Of a stretch of DNA of 64,000 nucleotides, positions 20,822 to 29,524 are shown one piece after another. The position numbers and the translations under genes were made by a program. Each line of letters begins with the position of its first letter. Position 1 is the stretch's first letter. Under the pieces are notes generated by a model that was not told where the DNA came from, did no database searches, and was given only the letters and a program-made list of their open reading frames with translations. Source of the DNA: Coleofasciculus chthonoplastes F2-STO-03 (lineage in GTDB: Bacteria > Cyanobacteriota > Cyanobacteriia > Cyanobacteriales > Coleofasciculaceae); contig JAVJWO010000047.1 of assembly GCA_040222015.1 (NCBI GenBank), forward strand, positions 96,001 through 160,000. Direction: 5' to 3'.

Positions 20822-21577
20822 TTATTTGGCTTTTAATATCTCGACAACAAAAGGACTTATACCACCGATAACAGCCGCTAAAGAAGCGCCTATCACTGGA
20901 TTAATTAAAGAGGTTACAATACCAATAGCTAAAGCGACAACAGCAAAAGAAGCCATCCCGAATAATCGATTTTGACGTTCCCGTCTTTCCCTCTCTTTCT
21001 CTTCTTTTATTTCTCGCTCCTGTCGTTGTTTTTCTTGATTAGCCTTCTCTCTAAGCTGCTGTTTTTCTTGACTAGCCTTTTCTATAAGCTGCTGCCAGAT
21101 GTCATCTCTGTCAGGAGGTCTTCCAACAGACACTTTAGCTTGAGAATCTACTCTGAAAAAGCAAACTGTGCAGAAAGAATCTCCCAGTCGAAGTTCTACA
21201 GGACTATCGCGATAGTTGTGGCAAGAAATTAAAAGTTTACCAGTCCATCCGGGATCTACAGTAGTAGAGATGTGAGATAATCCTTGAGAATTAACCCGTG
21301 TAGCCATGGCATGAATAGTTGCTCCCACCTCCCTTGATAAAGTTATAGACTCCAACGTCTCAATAACTACTGTATCCCTAGGTTCAATTTCAATTCCACC
21401 GTCTCTTTCAATATTTTCTTCACGTTTATTATTCCAAGAAAATCCTTTTTTTCCAACTCGCAAATCATAACCAACCGGTGTTAAATACTTTTTATCAAAA
21501 GGCTCTATTGAGATTCCTGTATCTGGATCTCTCTTTTGAGATTCTAGTTGTTTTTCAATATCAACATCGCTAAACAC
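20822..21577 (-). CDS. dCTP deaminase/dUTPase-fold protein with coiled coil and two C-terminal TM helices
   Basis: GYDLRVG, ETLESITL, VDPGWTGKL; E/K/R/Q-rich coil; two terminal hydrophobic segments. Confidence 0.85.
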   Translation of the reverse strand: MFSDVDIEKQLESQKRDPDTGISIEPFDKKYLTPVGYDLRVGKKGFSWNNKREENIERDGGIEIEPRDTVVIETLESITLSREVGATIHAMATRVNSQGLSHISTTVDPGWTGKLLISCHNYRDSPVELRLGDSFCTVCFFRVDSQAKVSVGRPPDRDDIWQQLIEKASQEKQQLREKANQEKQRQEREIKEEKERERRERQNRLFGMASFAVVALAIGIVTSLINPVIGASLAAVIGGISPFVVEILKAK

Positions 21578-21619
21578 AGTTCCTTGACCTCAACTATTAG
21601 TTTGGGTATGAGATAACGG

Positions 21620-22162
21620 TTATACGCTAGCTCTAGCAACAGACGTCGGCTTTAATAAAAATGATGCCGCTCTGTTTGCTGTTTCATCAGATAGCTGAAT
21701 TTTTTTCAGGGTAACTAAACCCTCATTGATAAATGAATCTCTAACCAGAATGCTTCCTCCACTGTTAAAGGGAGTTTCATAAAAGACTTCATGGATGCCA
21801 GCAGAAATGATCAGTTTTAAACAAGAAAGACAAGGTTCTAGGGTGACGTAAATACTGGCATCAGTCGTCGCAATGCCATGTTTAGCCGCTTGTGCCAGCG
21901 CATTGGCTTCAGCGTGAACAGCGCGAGATGGCATCTCTTTACTGGCATCACAGCTACTTAAACCTGGGTAGCAATATCCCTGTTCTGTACAATGAGCTGA
22001 TCCGGCGGGTGATCCATTGTAGCCAGTGGCTAAAACTTGTTTGTTTTTAACAATTACTGCACCAACCGGAAAAGCCAAGCACGTTGAGCGAGTAGCGGCA
22101 AGTTTTGCCAGCATGAGGAAGTATTCATCCCATGTTGGTCGATCTTGATCAAATGGTGTCAT
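21620..22162 (-). CDS. dCMP deaminase (ComEB/DCTD family)
   Basis: RPTWDEYF, ATGYNG, HAEANA, PCLSC zinc motifs. Confidence 0.93.
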   Translation of the reverse strand: MTPFDQDRPTWDEYFLMLAKLAATRSTCLAFPVGAVIVKNKQVLATGYNGSPAGSAHCTEQGYCYPGLSSCDASKEMPSRAVHAEANALAQAAKHGIATTDASIYVTLEPCLSCLKLIISAGIHEVFYETPFNSGGSILVRDSFINEGLVTLKKIQLSDETANRAASFLLKPTSVARASV

Positions 22163-23655
22163 TTACTATCCTGGGTATAGAGCTTATTCGTTTTCAGTGA
22201 TTCAGCGGCTTTCTGTAACTCCATTCCTAAATAAGCGGCATGATCGGGTTGAATAGCTGGGGAAGCTGCACAAATTTCCCTGATCAGCGTTAGGGGATTT
22301 TTGCCTGAATAGCAAGCAACGACTTCACCACTACCCGGAGTTGTTTGTTTAACAACGATTTTGTTGGCGTCAATTTCAATTAAAAAGTTACCCGCCGGGT
22401 CATAAAAGTCTCGATTCCGACAAATTGCAGGATATTGTTTTCGGATTAACTGATCTGCATTTTCCCAGGTATCATCATAAATATGAGCGCTCTGACTGAT
22501 AGTAATCAATGGTCCCATTCGCAAATCATAACTAGAGCGCTGGGCAATTTCGTCTCGGATGTACTGTTGCAGGGCGCGTAGTCCCATGGCGTTCGAGGGC
22601 CACGCCATGTACATATCATTACTGCGGAGAGTCGCAGTCAGGGATAACTCATTATCGACAACCCTCGCCCAAAGGTGATTCAGACAAGGACTACCCCCTT
22701 GTTCGTGATCCTTAACATCCCACAGAGACATCACGGCACTTGCCGCATCAATTTCTCCAATTAATTTAGTAATAATCTGCTCAATTTGGTCTTTGCCAAA
22801 CCATGAACGGAGGCGTTGACCGTAAGTATATTTCACACCTTCTCGATAAGGCGCATCATCTAAAATTTGGTGAATGTACTCCTGAATAAAAGCGCGATCG
22901 CAGGGTAAATAGTTGGGTTCAGGGAAATAGAACCCTGGGGGTTCATCCGTCACCACCGCCATCAAATCAATTAATTCTTGCCATTGCCCATCATAACCCG
23001 TGGGACGAATGGTTCCAGTTGTTTTAATCCGATGAATAATTTTGACCCAGGTTTCAGCAATCGTCTTGCCTTCGATTCGATGTCCGTAGCGCGGTCCCGG
23101 TAAAACTGTTGGTACGGCTTCAGTTAGGGGAAATTCTAGCGGCGCACCCCAGGGTTCAACCCTATCCCTCACCGCATAAGACTTTACCTGACTCACCGCT
23201 TCAGCCATTGATTTCGCCTCTTGCCACTCCACCGATTGCCGGAGAGTCTCCAAAGCATTAGCCTCAATTTCAATATCGATATAGCCAGGAATCGCAGATC
23301 GAATCACCCAACAGCGACGCCCTGTATCGCTGAACCCTTCAGTAAAACCATTGCGGAAGAAGTCTAATAAGCATATCCCACCCCCAGCATTTTTGTCTTC
23401 TTTCGTAGCGTTGAGAACCAGAAGGTAGCGGACATGAGGATTCGCTAATAGATTCCGGATCAGCAGGCTGATACCCCGTGTCGGACTATAGAGTTGACCG
23501 ATAACAGCAAACTCATGAGGTTGTAACTGTTTGGCGATCGCACCTTTAACCGTCCAACCTGTAACCACCGCCGTCTGACCCGTACCGTAAATGAGCTGGT
23601 TGGGCTTGTGTAGGGGTTTGTACTGGAATTGAGTAATCTGAGCGCTAGCTGTCAT
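22159..23655 (-). CDS. Thymidylate synthase (archaeal-like ThyA) fused to an N-terminal MtrA-like domain and a C-terminal DUF4346 domain
   Basis: YTYGQRL, SPCL, RSNDMYMAWPSN, SAHIY; N-terminal RNLLANPHVRYL; C-terminal DPAGNFLI...HAAYLGMELQKA. Confidence 0.85.
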   Translation of the reverse strand: MTASAQITQFQYKPLHKPNQLIYGTGQTAVVTGWTVKGAIAKQLQPHEFAVIGQLYSPTRGISLLIRNLLANPHVRYLLVLNATKEDKNAGGGICLLDFFRNGFTEGFSDTGRRCWVIRSAIPGYIDIEIEANALETLRQSVEWQEAKSMAEAVSQVKSYAVRDRVEPWGAPLEFPLTEAVPTVLPGPRYGHRIEGKTIAETWVKIIHRIKTTGTIRPTGYDGQWQELIDLMAVVTDEPPGFYFPEPNYLPCDRAFIQEYIHQILDDAPYREGVKYTYGQRLRSWFGKDQIEQIITKLIGEIDAASAVMSLWDVKDHEQGGSPCLNHLWARVVDNELSLTATLRSNDMYMAWPSNAMGLRALQQYIRDEIAQRSSYDLRMGPLITISQSAHIYDDTWENADQLIRKQYPAICRNRDFYDPAGNFLIEIDANKIVVKQTTPGSGEVVACYSGKNPLTLIREICAASPAIQPDHAAYLGMELQKAAESLKTNKLYTQDSK

Positions 23656-23706
23656 AGGAGGCTGCGAGTTAAGAAATCTCTAGCCTAGAATAGCAAAGAA
23701 ACGGAG

Positions 23707-24978
23707 TTACACAGCAGGTAAACGCACCTGAAAGCAGCTACCCACCCCAACCTGACTCGTCACCGTGATTTTCCCACCATGACGTTGCGCGATCGCTTGA
23801 GCAATAGCTAAACCCAACCCTGTCCCCCCTTCTCGGCGAGAACGGGCTTTGTCCGCCCGCCAGAAGCGATCAAACACAAAGGGTAATTGTTCTCGCTCAA
23901 TGCCAATTCCTGTATCCTTAACACTAACAACGGCAAAGCGATTATTTTTCGCTAAAATTAGGTCTACTTTCCCTTTAGCAGGCGTGTATTGAATCGCATT
24001 TTCCAGCAAGTTACAAAATAAACGACTCAGTTGTGATTCATCCCCTACCACAGAAACTGTAGCTAGCCACTGAGACTGGATTTTCACCTCTTTGTCTTGT
24101 GCAAAAGGTTCTAATAACTCCAGCAAGTTCTTTAAAATCTTATTCAGAGAGATTGTGATTTTCTCACGGCTAGGCGTTGATATCTTACTATCGTTTCGCG
24201 CTAAAAAAAGTAAGTCTTCTGATAAGTGACTCATCTGATCCGTAGCACTCGCGATCGCCGCTAACTTTTTCGCATCTTTAGGATGAATTCGTTCCGGATG
24301 ATTTCGCATCACATCAACCGATGCTTTAATCGCCATCAAAGGACTGCGTAACTCATGAGACGCATCCGCCGTAAACTGTTTAAGTTGCTGAAAACTTTGC
24401 TCAATTGGCTCCAAAGCTTTCTGTGTCAACCACAGTCCGCCCAAACCCACTAAACCTAACCCCATAACACCACCCATTCCCAATCCCCACAGCATTTGGC
24501 GTTGGAAGATTTGGATATCCTCCATCGATTGTGAGGCACGAATATACCCTTCTAGAGAGGGCTGATTGGGGGTTGAGCCATCTTTAAACACCGAAATTGT
24601 ATACGTGCGAACCTGTCTGGGCTTTTGCTTTTCTTCTTGAGTTTGAGAACCGACTCGGAGTCGAGAGTCCAACTCTAATGCACCTCGACTTGCCAACAGT
24701 TGACCCTTGGCATCAAACCATTCTAAACTTTGCTGATCCCGATTAAAAATATCGCGCCAGGGAACCGCATCCACTTGATTCAGATATCGAGGTCCCTTCA
24801 TTTTGACAGGCGTAAACGAGGCGGCAGCGGCTTGAGCCAGAGTCAATAGTTTTTTATCCAGTTGGTAATAAAGATTGCGGCTAACAAAGACATAAACTCC
24901 CGTGCCAAAGAGACTCAAAATTGCTGCCATTACAGTTAGGTAAGACAACAATAGACGCCAGCGTAAACCTTGAAACAT
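23707..24978 (-). CDS. Membrane sensor histidine kinase
   Basis: 2 TM, FTADASHELRSPL, NLLENAIQYT, GTGLGL; start moved to MFQGLRW. Confidence 0.93.
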   Translation of the reverse strand: MFQGLRWRLLLSYLTVMAAILSLFGTGVYVFVSRNLYYQLDKKLLTLAQAAAASFTPVKMKGPRYLNQVDAVPWRDIFNRDQQSLEWFDAKGQLLASRGALELDSRLRVGSQTQEEKQKPRQVRTYTISVFKDGSTPNQPSLEGYIRASQSMEDIQIFQRQMLWGLGMGGVMGLGLVGLGGLWLTQKALEPIEQSFQQLKQFTADASHELRSPLMAIKASVDVMRNHPERIHPKDAKKLAAIASATDQMSHLSEDLLFLARNDSKISTPSREKITISLNKILKNLLELLEPFAQDKEVKIQSQWLATVSVVGDESQLSRLFCNLLENAIQYTPAKGKVDLILAKNNRFAVVSVKDTGIGIEREQLPFVFDRFWRADKARSRREGGTGLGLAIAQAIAQRHGGKITVTSQVGVGSCFQVRLPAV

Positions 24979-25025
24979 TCTAAGAACCGTATAGATGTAG
25001 CATCCTACGTCTGAGTTTTGATTGT

Positions 25026-25089
25026 GTAGGGGCGGGTTTATGTGCTTTCGTTTCACTATGTATAATAACATTTATTCAAAACCCGCCCT
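25026..25089. repeat. GTAGGGGCGGGTTT...AAACCCGCCC REP-like hairpin family; also ~39855-39918, ~41891-41952, ~50755-50831, ~57663-57726
   Basis: Conserved inverted arms with variable spacers, essentially intergenic. Confidence 0.8.
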
Positions 25090-25127
25090 GTATGATGTTT
25101 AAATTATAAATCTTCCCCAATCACCAA

Positions 25128-25799
25128 TCATTGTTTTAAACGATAACCCAAACCATAAACCGTTTCAATCAAATCACTGGGAGCGCCACCCGCTTCAAGT
25201 TTCTGTCGTAAACTGCGGATATGCGCTTTCACCGTCGCTTCTTCCGGGAGTCGCTCAAAGGGCCACAGGTGTTCTAAGATTTGAGCGCGGCTAAACACAC
25301 GACGACCATGGCGTAAGAAAAATTCTAACAACGAATATTCTTTAGGTGAAAGCGATAGGAGGAGATCTTGATAAAAAACTTCACAGGTACTTGGATCTAA
25401 CCGTAGTTTACCCCACTCCAATACCGGGGGGGCGGTGGAAACACCCCGACGCAGTAAGGCTCGAATACGAGCTGATAATTCTTCTAGGTCAAAGGGTTTA
25501 ACCAAATAGTCATCAGCTCCTGCATCCAATCCCACAACCTTATCAGTAATTGTATCCTTAGCCGTTAGCATCAGAATCGGAGTACTACAGCCTTGGGAGC
25601 GTAGTCGCCGACAAAGTGTAATCCCATCGATTTTGGGTAACATAATGTCGAGCAAAATTAAGTCATAGGTGACAGAATCAGCGAGATTTAACCCCTCCTC
25701 TCCATCATGCACCACATCGATCGCATAATGTTGATCGGTGAGATCTTCTTCTAGGGCATCGGTAATGCGCTCATCATCTTCCACGAGTAAAAGTCTCAT
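25128..25799 (-). CDS. OmpR-family response regulator
   Basis: LLVEDD, LLDIMLP, GADDYLVKPF, IETVYGLGY. Confidence 0.95.
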   Translation of the reverse strand: MRLLLVEDDERITDALEEDLTDQHYAIDVVHDGEEGLNLADSVTYDLILLDIMLPKIDGITLCRRLRSQGCSTPILMLTAKDTITDKVVGLDAGADDYLVKPFDLEELSARIRALLRRGVSTAPPVLEWGKLRLDPSTCEVFYQDLLLSLSPKEYSLLEFFLRHGRRVFSRAQILEHLWPFERLPEEATVKAHIRSLRQKLEAGGAPSDLIETVYGLGYRLKQ

Positions 25800-25869
25800 T
25801 CTGACACCTGTTACTTAATATGACTTGTCACTCCCAAGGTAAGCTGTTCACGTTCTGATCAAGCTATGG

Positions 25870-26097
25870 TTATGGCGTAGCCTCACCGTCTTCCTCTTCT
25901 TCTCCAGGCATAGCCTCAGTTTCTTCCTCCCCAGGCATAGCCTCAGTTTCTTCCTCTCCAGGCATAGTCTCGGTTTCTTCTGCTGGAGTTGGCTCTTCTA
26001 CACCCGTCTCATCAGGTGTAGTTGTATCAGTCTGACAAGCTCCCAGCAATGATGTCAAACCCAACAACAGTGAAAAAGCGATAATCTTCAGCTTCAC
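25870..26097 (-). CDS. Small acidic lipoprotein with MPGEEETEA repeats
   Basis: GGAGG RBS, GTG start, lipobox LLGAC, 27-bp repeats. Confidence 0.75.
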   Translation of the reverse strand: MKLKIIAFSLLLGLTSLLGACQTDTTTPDETGVEEPTPAEETETMPGEEETEAMPGEEETEAMPGEEEEDGEATP

Positions 26098-26477
26098 AGC
26101 ATTACCTCCTAAAATTTTCCAAATTCAACCTTCTTACCGGGGTAATCAAGTTGCTTATACGTTTCTACTTGGCGTTAATCGCCGTTAAACCCTTAAACAG
26201 CCCTGAATTTTTCGGGTTCATCTGCCAAGTTAAACTCAAAAAGTAAAAAACTCGATAAAACCGCCCAATAGTTTCCGTCTTGCCATAAAACCCGTAGCCA
26301 CTCCGGTAGGCATCATCTTGTCATGAGTCCGATCTCCGACGCCCTAGTGCAGCGCGGCAAAAATACTTGAGCAGCTTCGTAGATACGATGAAGCAGGGGG
26401 AGCAGAGGGAGCAGGGGAAGCTGGGGGAGATATTAGCTGTTCAGTTATTTCTGCTTTCTTGCACTAGGTTCAAGTCA

Positions 26478-26605
26478 TAAGCTGTCACACATTTAAATTG
26501 GGAATGGGTAGCGAGCAAGATGCAAAGCCTGCGGCATGGCTTCGCTTAACGCATTACAAGGGTTTTGCCGTTTTTGACATTAAGGTTTAAATGCCGAACA
26601 GCTTA
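26478..26605. mobile_element. 128-bp MITE-like element TAAGCTGT...ACAGCTTA; inverted copy at 49264-49391
   Basis: Terminal inverted repeats, same length, shared core GCAAGATGCAAAGCCTGCGGCATGGCTTCGCTTAACGCA. Confidence 0.85.
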
Positions 26606-26708
26606 CCAGACGGGTGACTTCCATCGATCTGAATTGCTTTGTCGCCAAATTCTGCGGGAGCAACCGTATTGATAAATGCCTGTGCTGTCTTCAGCCGAAT
26701 CCCCTGTA

Positions 26709-28784
26709 TCAGAAATTATCTTGATAAAATCGGTAAAATGAATAATCATCTTGGAATGCATAGTCATCAAGAACATGATGAATAATACCGCTATCAATGA
26801 AAATTTGTCCGATGCGAATCGCTTCTTGTCGAGAACTCTGAGTCCGTTGTGCTAGCCATTCCACGGCTTCTGCACCAATGAAGCATTGAGGATAAAGATT
26901 TCCTCGATAGCGACGATCTTTTATTTCCACACCATCTGCACCCCGCATCGCTGCAACTAATGCTTCAATTTCTGTCTCGGTTAGGGTTTTGGCTGGAGTG
27001 ATTGTCCGGGATACTGATCCGGATATCTCAGTCGTAGACGTGAGCGAGTCTTGCGGTTGAGAATGGGGAGTATGGTTGGATTGATTCTCATTCGCAGGCT
27101 CAATTGATCGAGGAGAAAATGTCGATGAATCCCGATCTAATAACAGATTGAAAATTTCGTCAAGTTTAGGCGATCGCAGATGTAAATCCCGTTGCGGAAA
27201 GGGAATCTCAATCCTATGATGTCGCAGACAGGCTTCAATCCGATAGTTGAGATCGCTTTTAACTTTAAACTGTTTCTTCGGTTCTCCAGTCCACACCAAT
27301 AAATCAAAGTCGAGGGAACTCTCCCCAAACCCCTGAAACCATACCTGAGGCGGCGGTTGCAGCAGCACTTCGGGATGATTTTTGATAGCTTCAAGTAAGG
27401 CGGTTTGCACTTTCTCGATATCTGAACCATACGCCACACCCACAGGAATCCGCAGCCGAGAAATCGGGTTCCCATGACTCCAGTTAATTACCTCAGTCTC
27501 TAAAAAGCGGGAGTTGGGTACGATAATGGTGACTTGATCTAACGTACAAATCTCCGTACTGCGTGCGCCGATGCGTTCTACGGTTCCCAGTAAATCACCC
27601 ACTTTGACAAAATCACCGATTTGGATGGGGCGTTCAAAGGTAATAATAATCCCGCTAATAAAGTTATTGGCAATATTCTGAACGCCAAAACCAATCCCTA
27701 CACCGAGAACACTGGCAAGAATGGTTAAAGACCCAACATCTAAACCCCAAATTTGTAACAGGACAATCCATCCGAGAAAGGTGAGAACATATTGAGTGAG
27801 GACAGTAATCACCTCTTGCAATCTGGGTTCAGCCCCGGTGTGGGCTAAGACATAGGATTTAAACAGCTTAGTCAGAAAACTAACCGCAAACCACAAGCAA
27901 ACAGTTAAGCCCAAAAGCAATAGTAATTCTAGGGCAGAATATTTACTACTACCTAAGCTAATCACAGGCGCATTGAGAATATCAAAAACCTTAGCGATAA
28001 AATCAAATAACTCATAGCGCCAAATCCGACTGGCGGGAAACAAATCGGTCACATAATAGGCGATCGCGATCCATAATCCGCCCTGTAACCCTAGTCGGGC
28101 AAGGCGTACCATGAATTGGGCGGGATCTTCCCAGGCGTGAAACGAGGAGGTGGGTTGTCCTAGCCACACTCTCAAGCGATGAGACACCCATTTTCCCAGA
28201 AACAGTAAACCAACATGAATCGCGATCGCAACCAGTATCGCCCCAAGGACAAAGCCTAACGCCTGACGAATATAGGCGGGCGATCGCTCAAATTCTGCTT
28301 GTACAAATGCCTTTTCCAGAATTCTCTGCCAAATTCGGGCTTGCTGAAGAGCCGTTAGTTCTGGTAGGACATCCTTGTCGGTTACAGTGAGTAAATGGTC
28401 TGACTCAAGCAAGGAAGGAATAGTTAGGGTGGTTTGATCCTCTGTCTGATTCACTTCAACGCTGACAGGTTGAGAGGATTGCACCGCTTGCGCCAAAATA
28501 TCGTTAATCCGCTTTGCCCGATTTTCGGCTGTATAGTTATTATTTAAACTTCTTACCTGTAGTAAAACGCGACCATCTAGCACGATGGGTGCTTTGTCAT
28601 TATGATTGGTTGGGGAGGTTTGGGCAAAGCTGGGAAATGGGTTCAGCGTCAGCAGTAGCGTCAGCAATGCCAACAGGATAAACCGCCAACGTTTTAGAGG
28701 GAGCCAACGTTTTAGAGGGAGCGGGAGCTGGGGGAGCTGGGGGAGCCGGGGGAGCTGAGGGAGCCGGGGGAGCTGAGGGAGCAT
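26709..28784 (-). CDS. MscS mechanosensitive channel with C-terminal DEP domain
   Basis: GIGFGVQNIANNFISG, IVPNS, EIPFPQRD; DEP signature IKDRRY...CFIGAEAVEWL...IHHV...FYRF. Confidence 0.9.
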   Translation of the reverse strand: MLPQLPRLPQLPRLPQLPQLPLPLKRWLPLKRWRFILLALLTLLLTLNPFPSFAQTSPTNHNDKAPIVLDGRVLLQVRSLNNNYTAENRAKRINDILAQAVQSSQPVSVEVNQTEDQTTLTIPSLLESDHLLTVTDKDVLPELTALQQARIWQRILEKAFVQAEFERSPAYIRQALGFVLGAILVAIAIHVGLLFLGKWVSHRLRVWLGQPTSSFHAWEDPAQFMVRLARLGLQGGLWIAIAYYVTDLFPASRIWRYELFDFIAKVFDILNAPVISLGSSKYSALELLLLLGLTVCLWFAVSFLTKLFKSYVLAHTGAEPRLQEVITVLTQYVLTFLGWIVLLQIWGLDVGSLTILASVLGVGIGFGVQNIANNFISGIIITFERPIQIGDFVKVGDLLGTVERIGARSTEICTLDQVTIIVPNSRFLETEVINWSHGNPISRLRIPVGVAYGSDIEKVQTALLEAIKNHPEVLLQPPPQVWFQGFGESSLDFDLLVWTGEPKKQFKVKSDLNYRIEACLRHHRIEIPFPQRDLHLRSPKLDEIFNLLLDRDSSTFSPRSIEPANENQSNHTPHSQPQDSLTSTTEISGSVSRTITPAKTLTETEIEALVAAMRGADGVEIKDRRYRGNLYPQCFIGAEAVEWLAQRTQSSRQEAIRIGQIFIDSGIIHHVLDDYAFQDDYSFYRFYQDNF

Positions 28785-28839
28785 TTTTAGGGATGGGTTA
28801 TTTTCACAAATGACTACTAGCGCCGGATTTAAGAAATCA

Positions 28840-29253
28840 CTAATTGGGTAAATTAATTGGATAAATTTGATGCTTCATAAGCCAGGGTGAAGGATTGTTG
28901 ATCATGTTGACGAAACCTGTTAAAACTTGGTTGTACGTTCCATAAACTTCTCGACCGACTTGAATATCCATATAGCTACATTTAACAGCAAACTCTATCC
29001 AAGTTTGAGTTTCAGCCGCTTCTGCTTCGCAGTCATTTAGTTTAGCGATGAAAGCAGCTTCATATCGTCTTTTACGCCAGGCTTCTGCTAGATTGGCACA
29101 AACTGAGCGAGAAGAACGACGAATCTGGTCAGTTAAAGAATATCGCTCCTCTACAGGAAATTTTTTGGATAACTCGAAAATTATCATGGCTGAATCAAAC
29201 GCCATCTTATAAACTTCTAAGTCTCTATGGCTTTTCAACATGTTTCTACTCAT
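28840..29253 (-). CDS. Four-helix bundle protein (23S rRNA IVP/Avd-like family)
   Basis: HRDLEVY, FPVEERYSLTDQIRRSSRSVCANLAEAW. Confidence 0.93.
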   Translation of the reverse strand: MSRNMLKSHRDLEVYKMAFDSAMIIFELSKKFPVEERYSLTDQIRRSSRSVCANLAEAWRKRRYEAAFIAKLNDCEAEAAETQTWIEFAVKCSYMDIQVGREVYGTYNQVLTGFVNMINNPSPWLMKHQIYPINLPN

Positions 29254-29457
29254 CTTCCTCGACTAAACCAAATACTTACTACTCAAATAAACTATAAGTT
29301 GAATGTCACGCTCCTCGTATTCTGGTGGGCAATGCCCACCCTACTAGCTTGGCAAGGTTAAAACGGTGGTCAAGTATTTTCAAGGAACCCTTATGAGAGT
29401 AGCGATCCAGAAAAATTTTGCCCACAACTTTAAGCTTGCCAGCCTACTATGGTGTAT

Positions 29458-29524
29458 CTTCCCCAGCTTCCCCAGCTTCCCCAGCTCCCCCAGCTTCCCC
29501 CGCTTCCCCCGCTTCCCCCGCTTC
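29458..29524. repeat. 9-bp tandem array (CTTCCCCAG-type), inverted relative to the array at 28723-28782
   Basis: About 7 units read directly. Confidence 0.9.

Noticed and set aside
22159..23655. T4-type dCMP hydroxymethylase
   Set aside because: The specificity position is Asn (dUMP type), not Asp.
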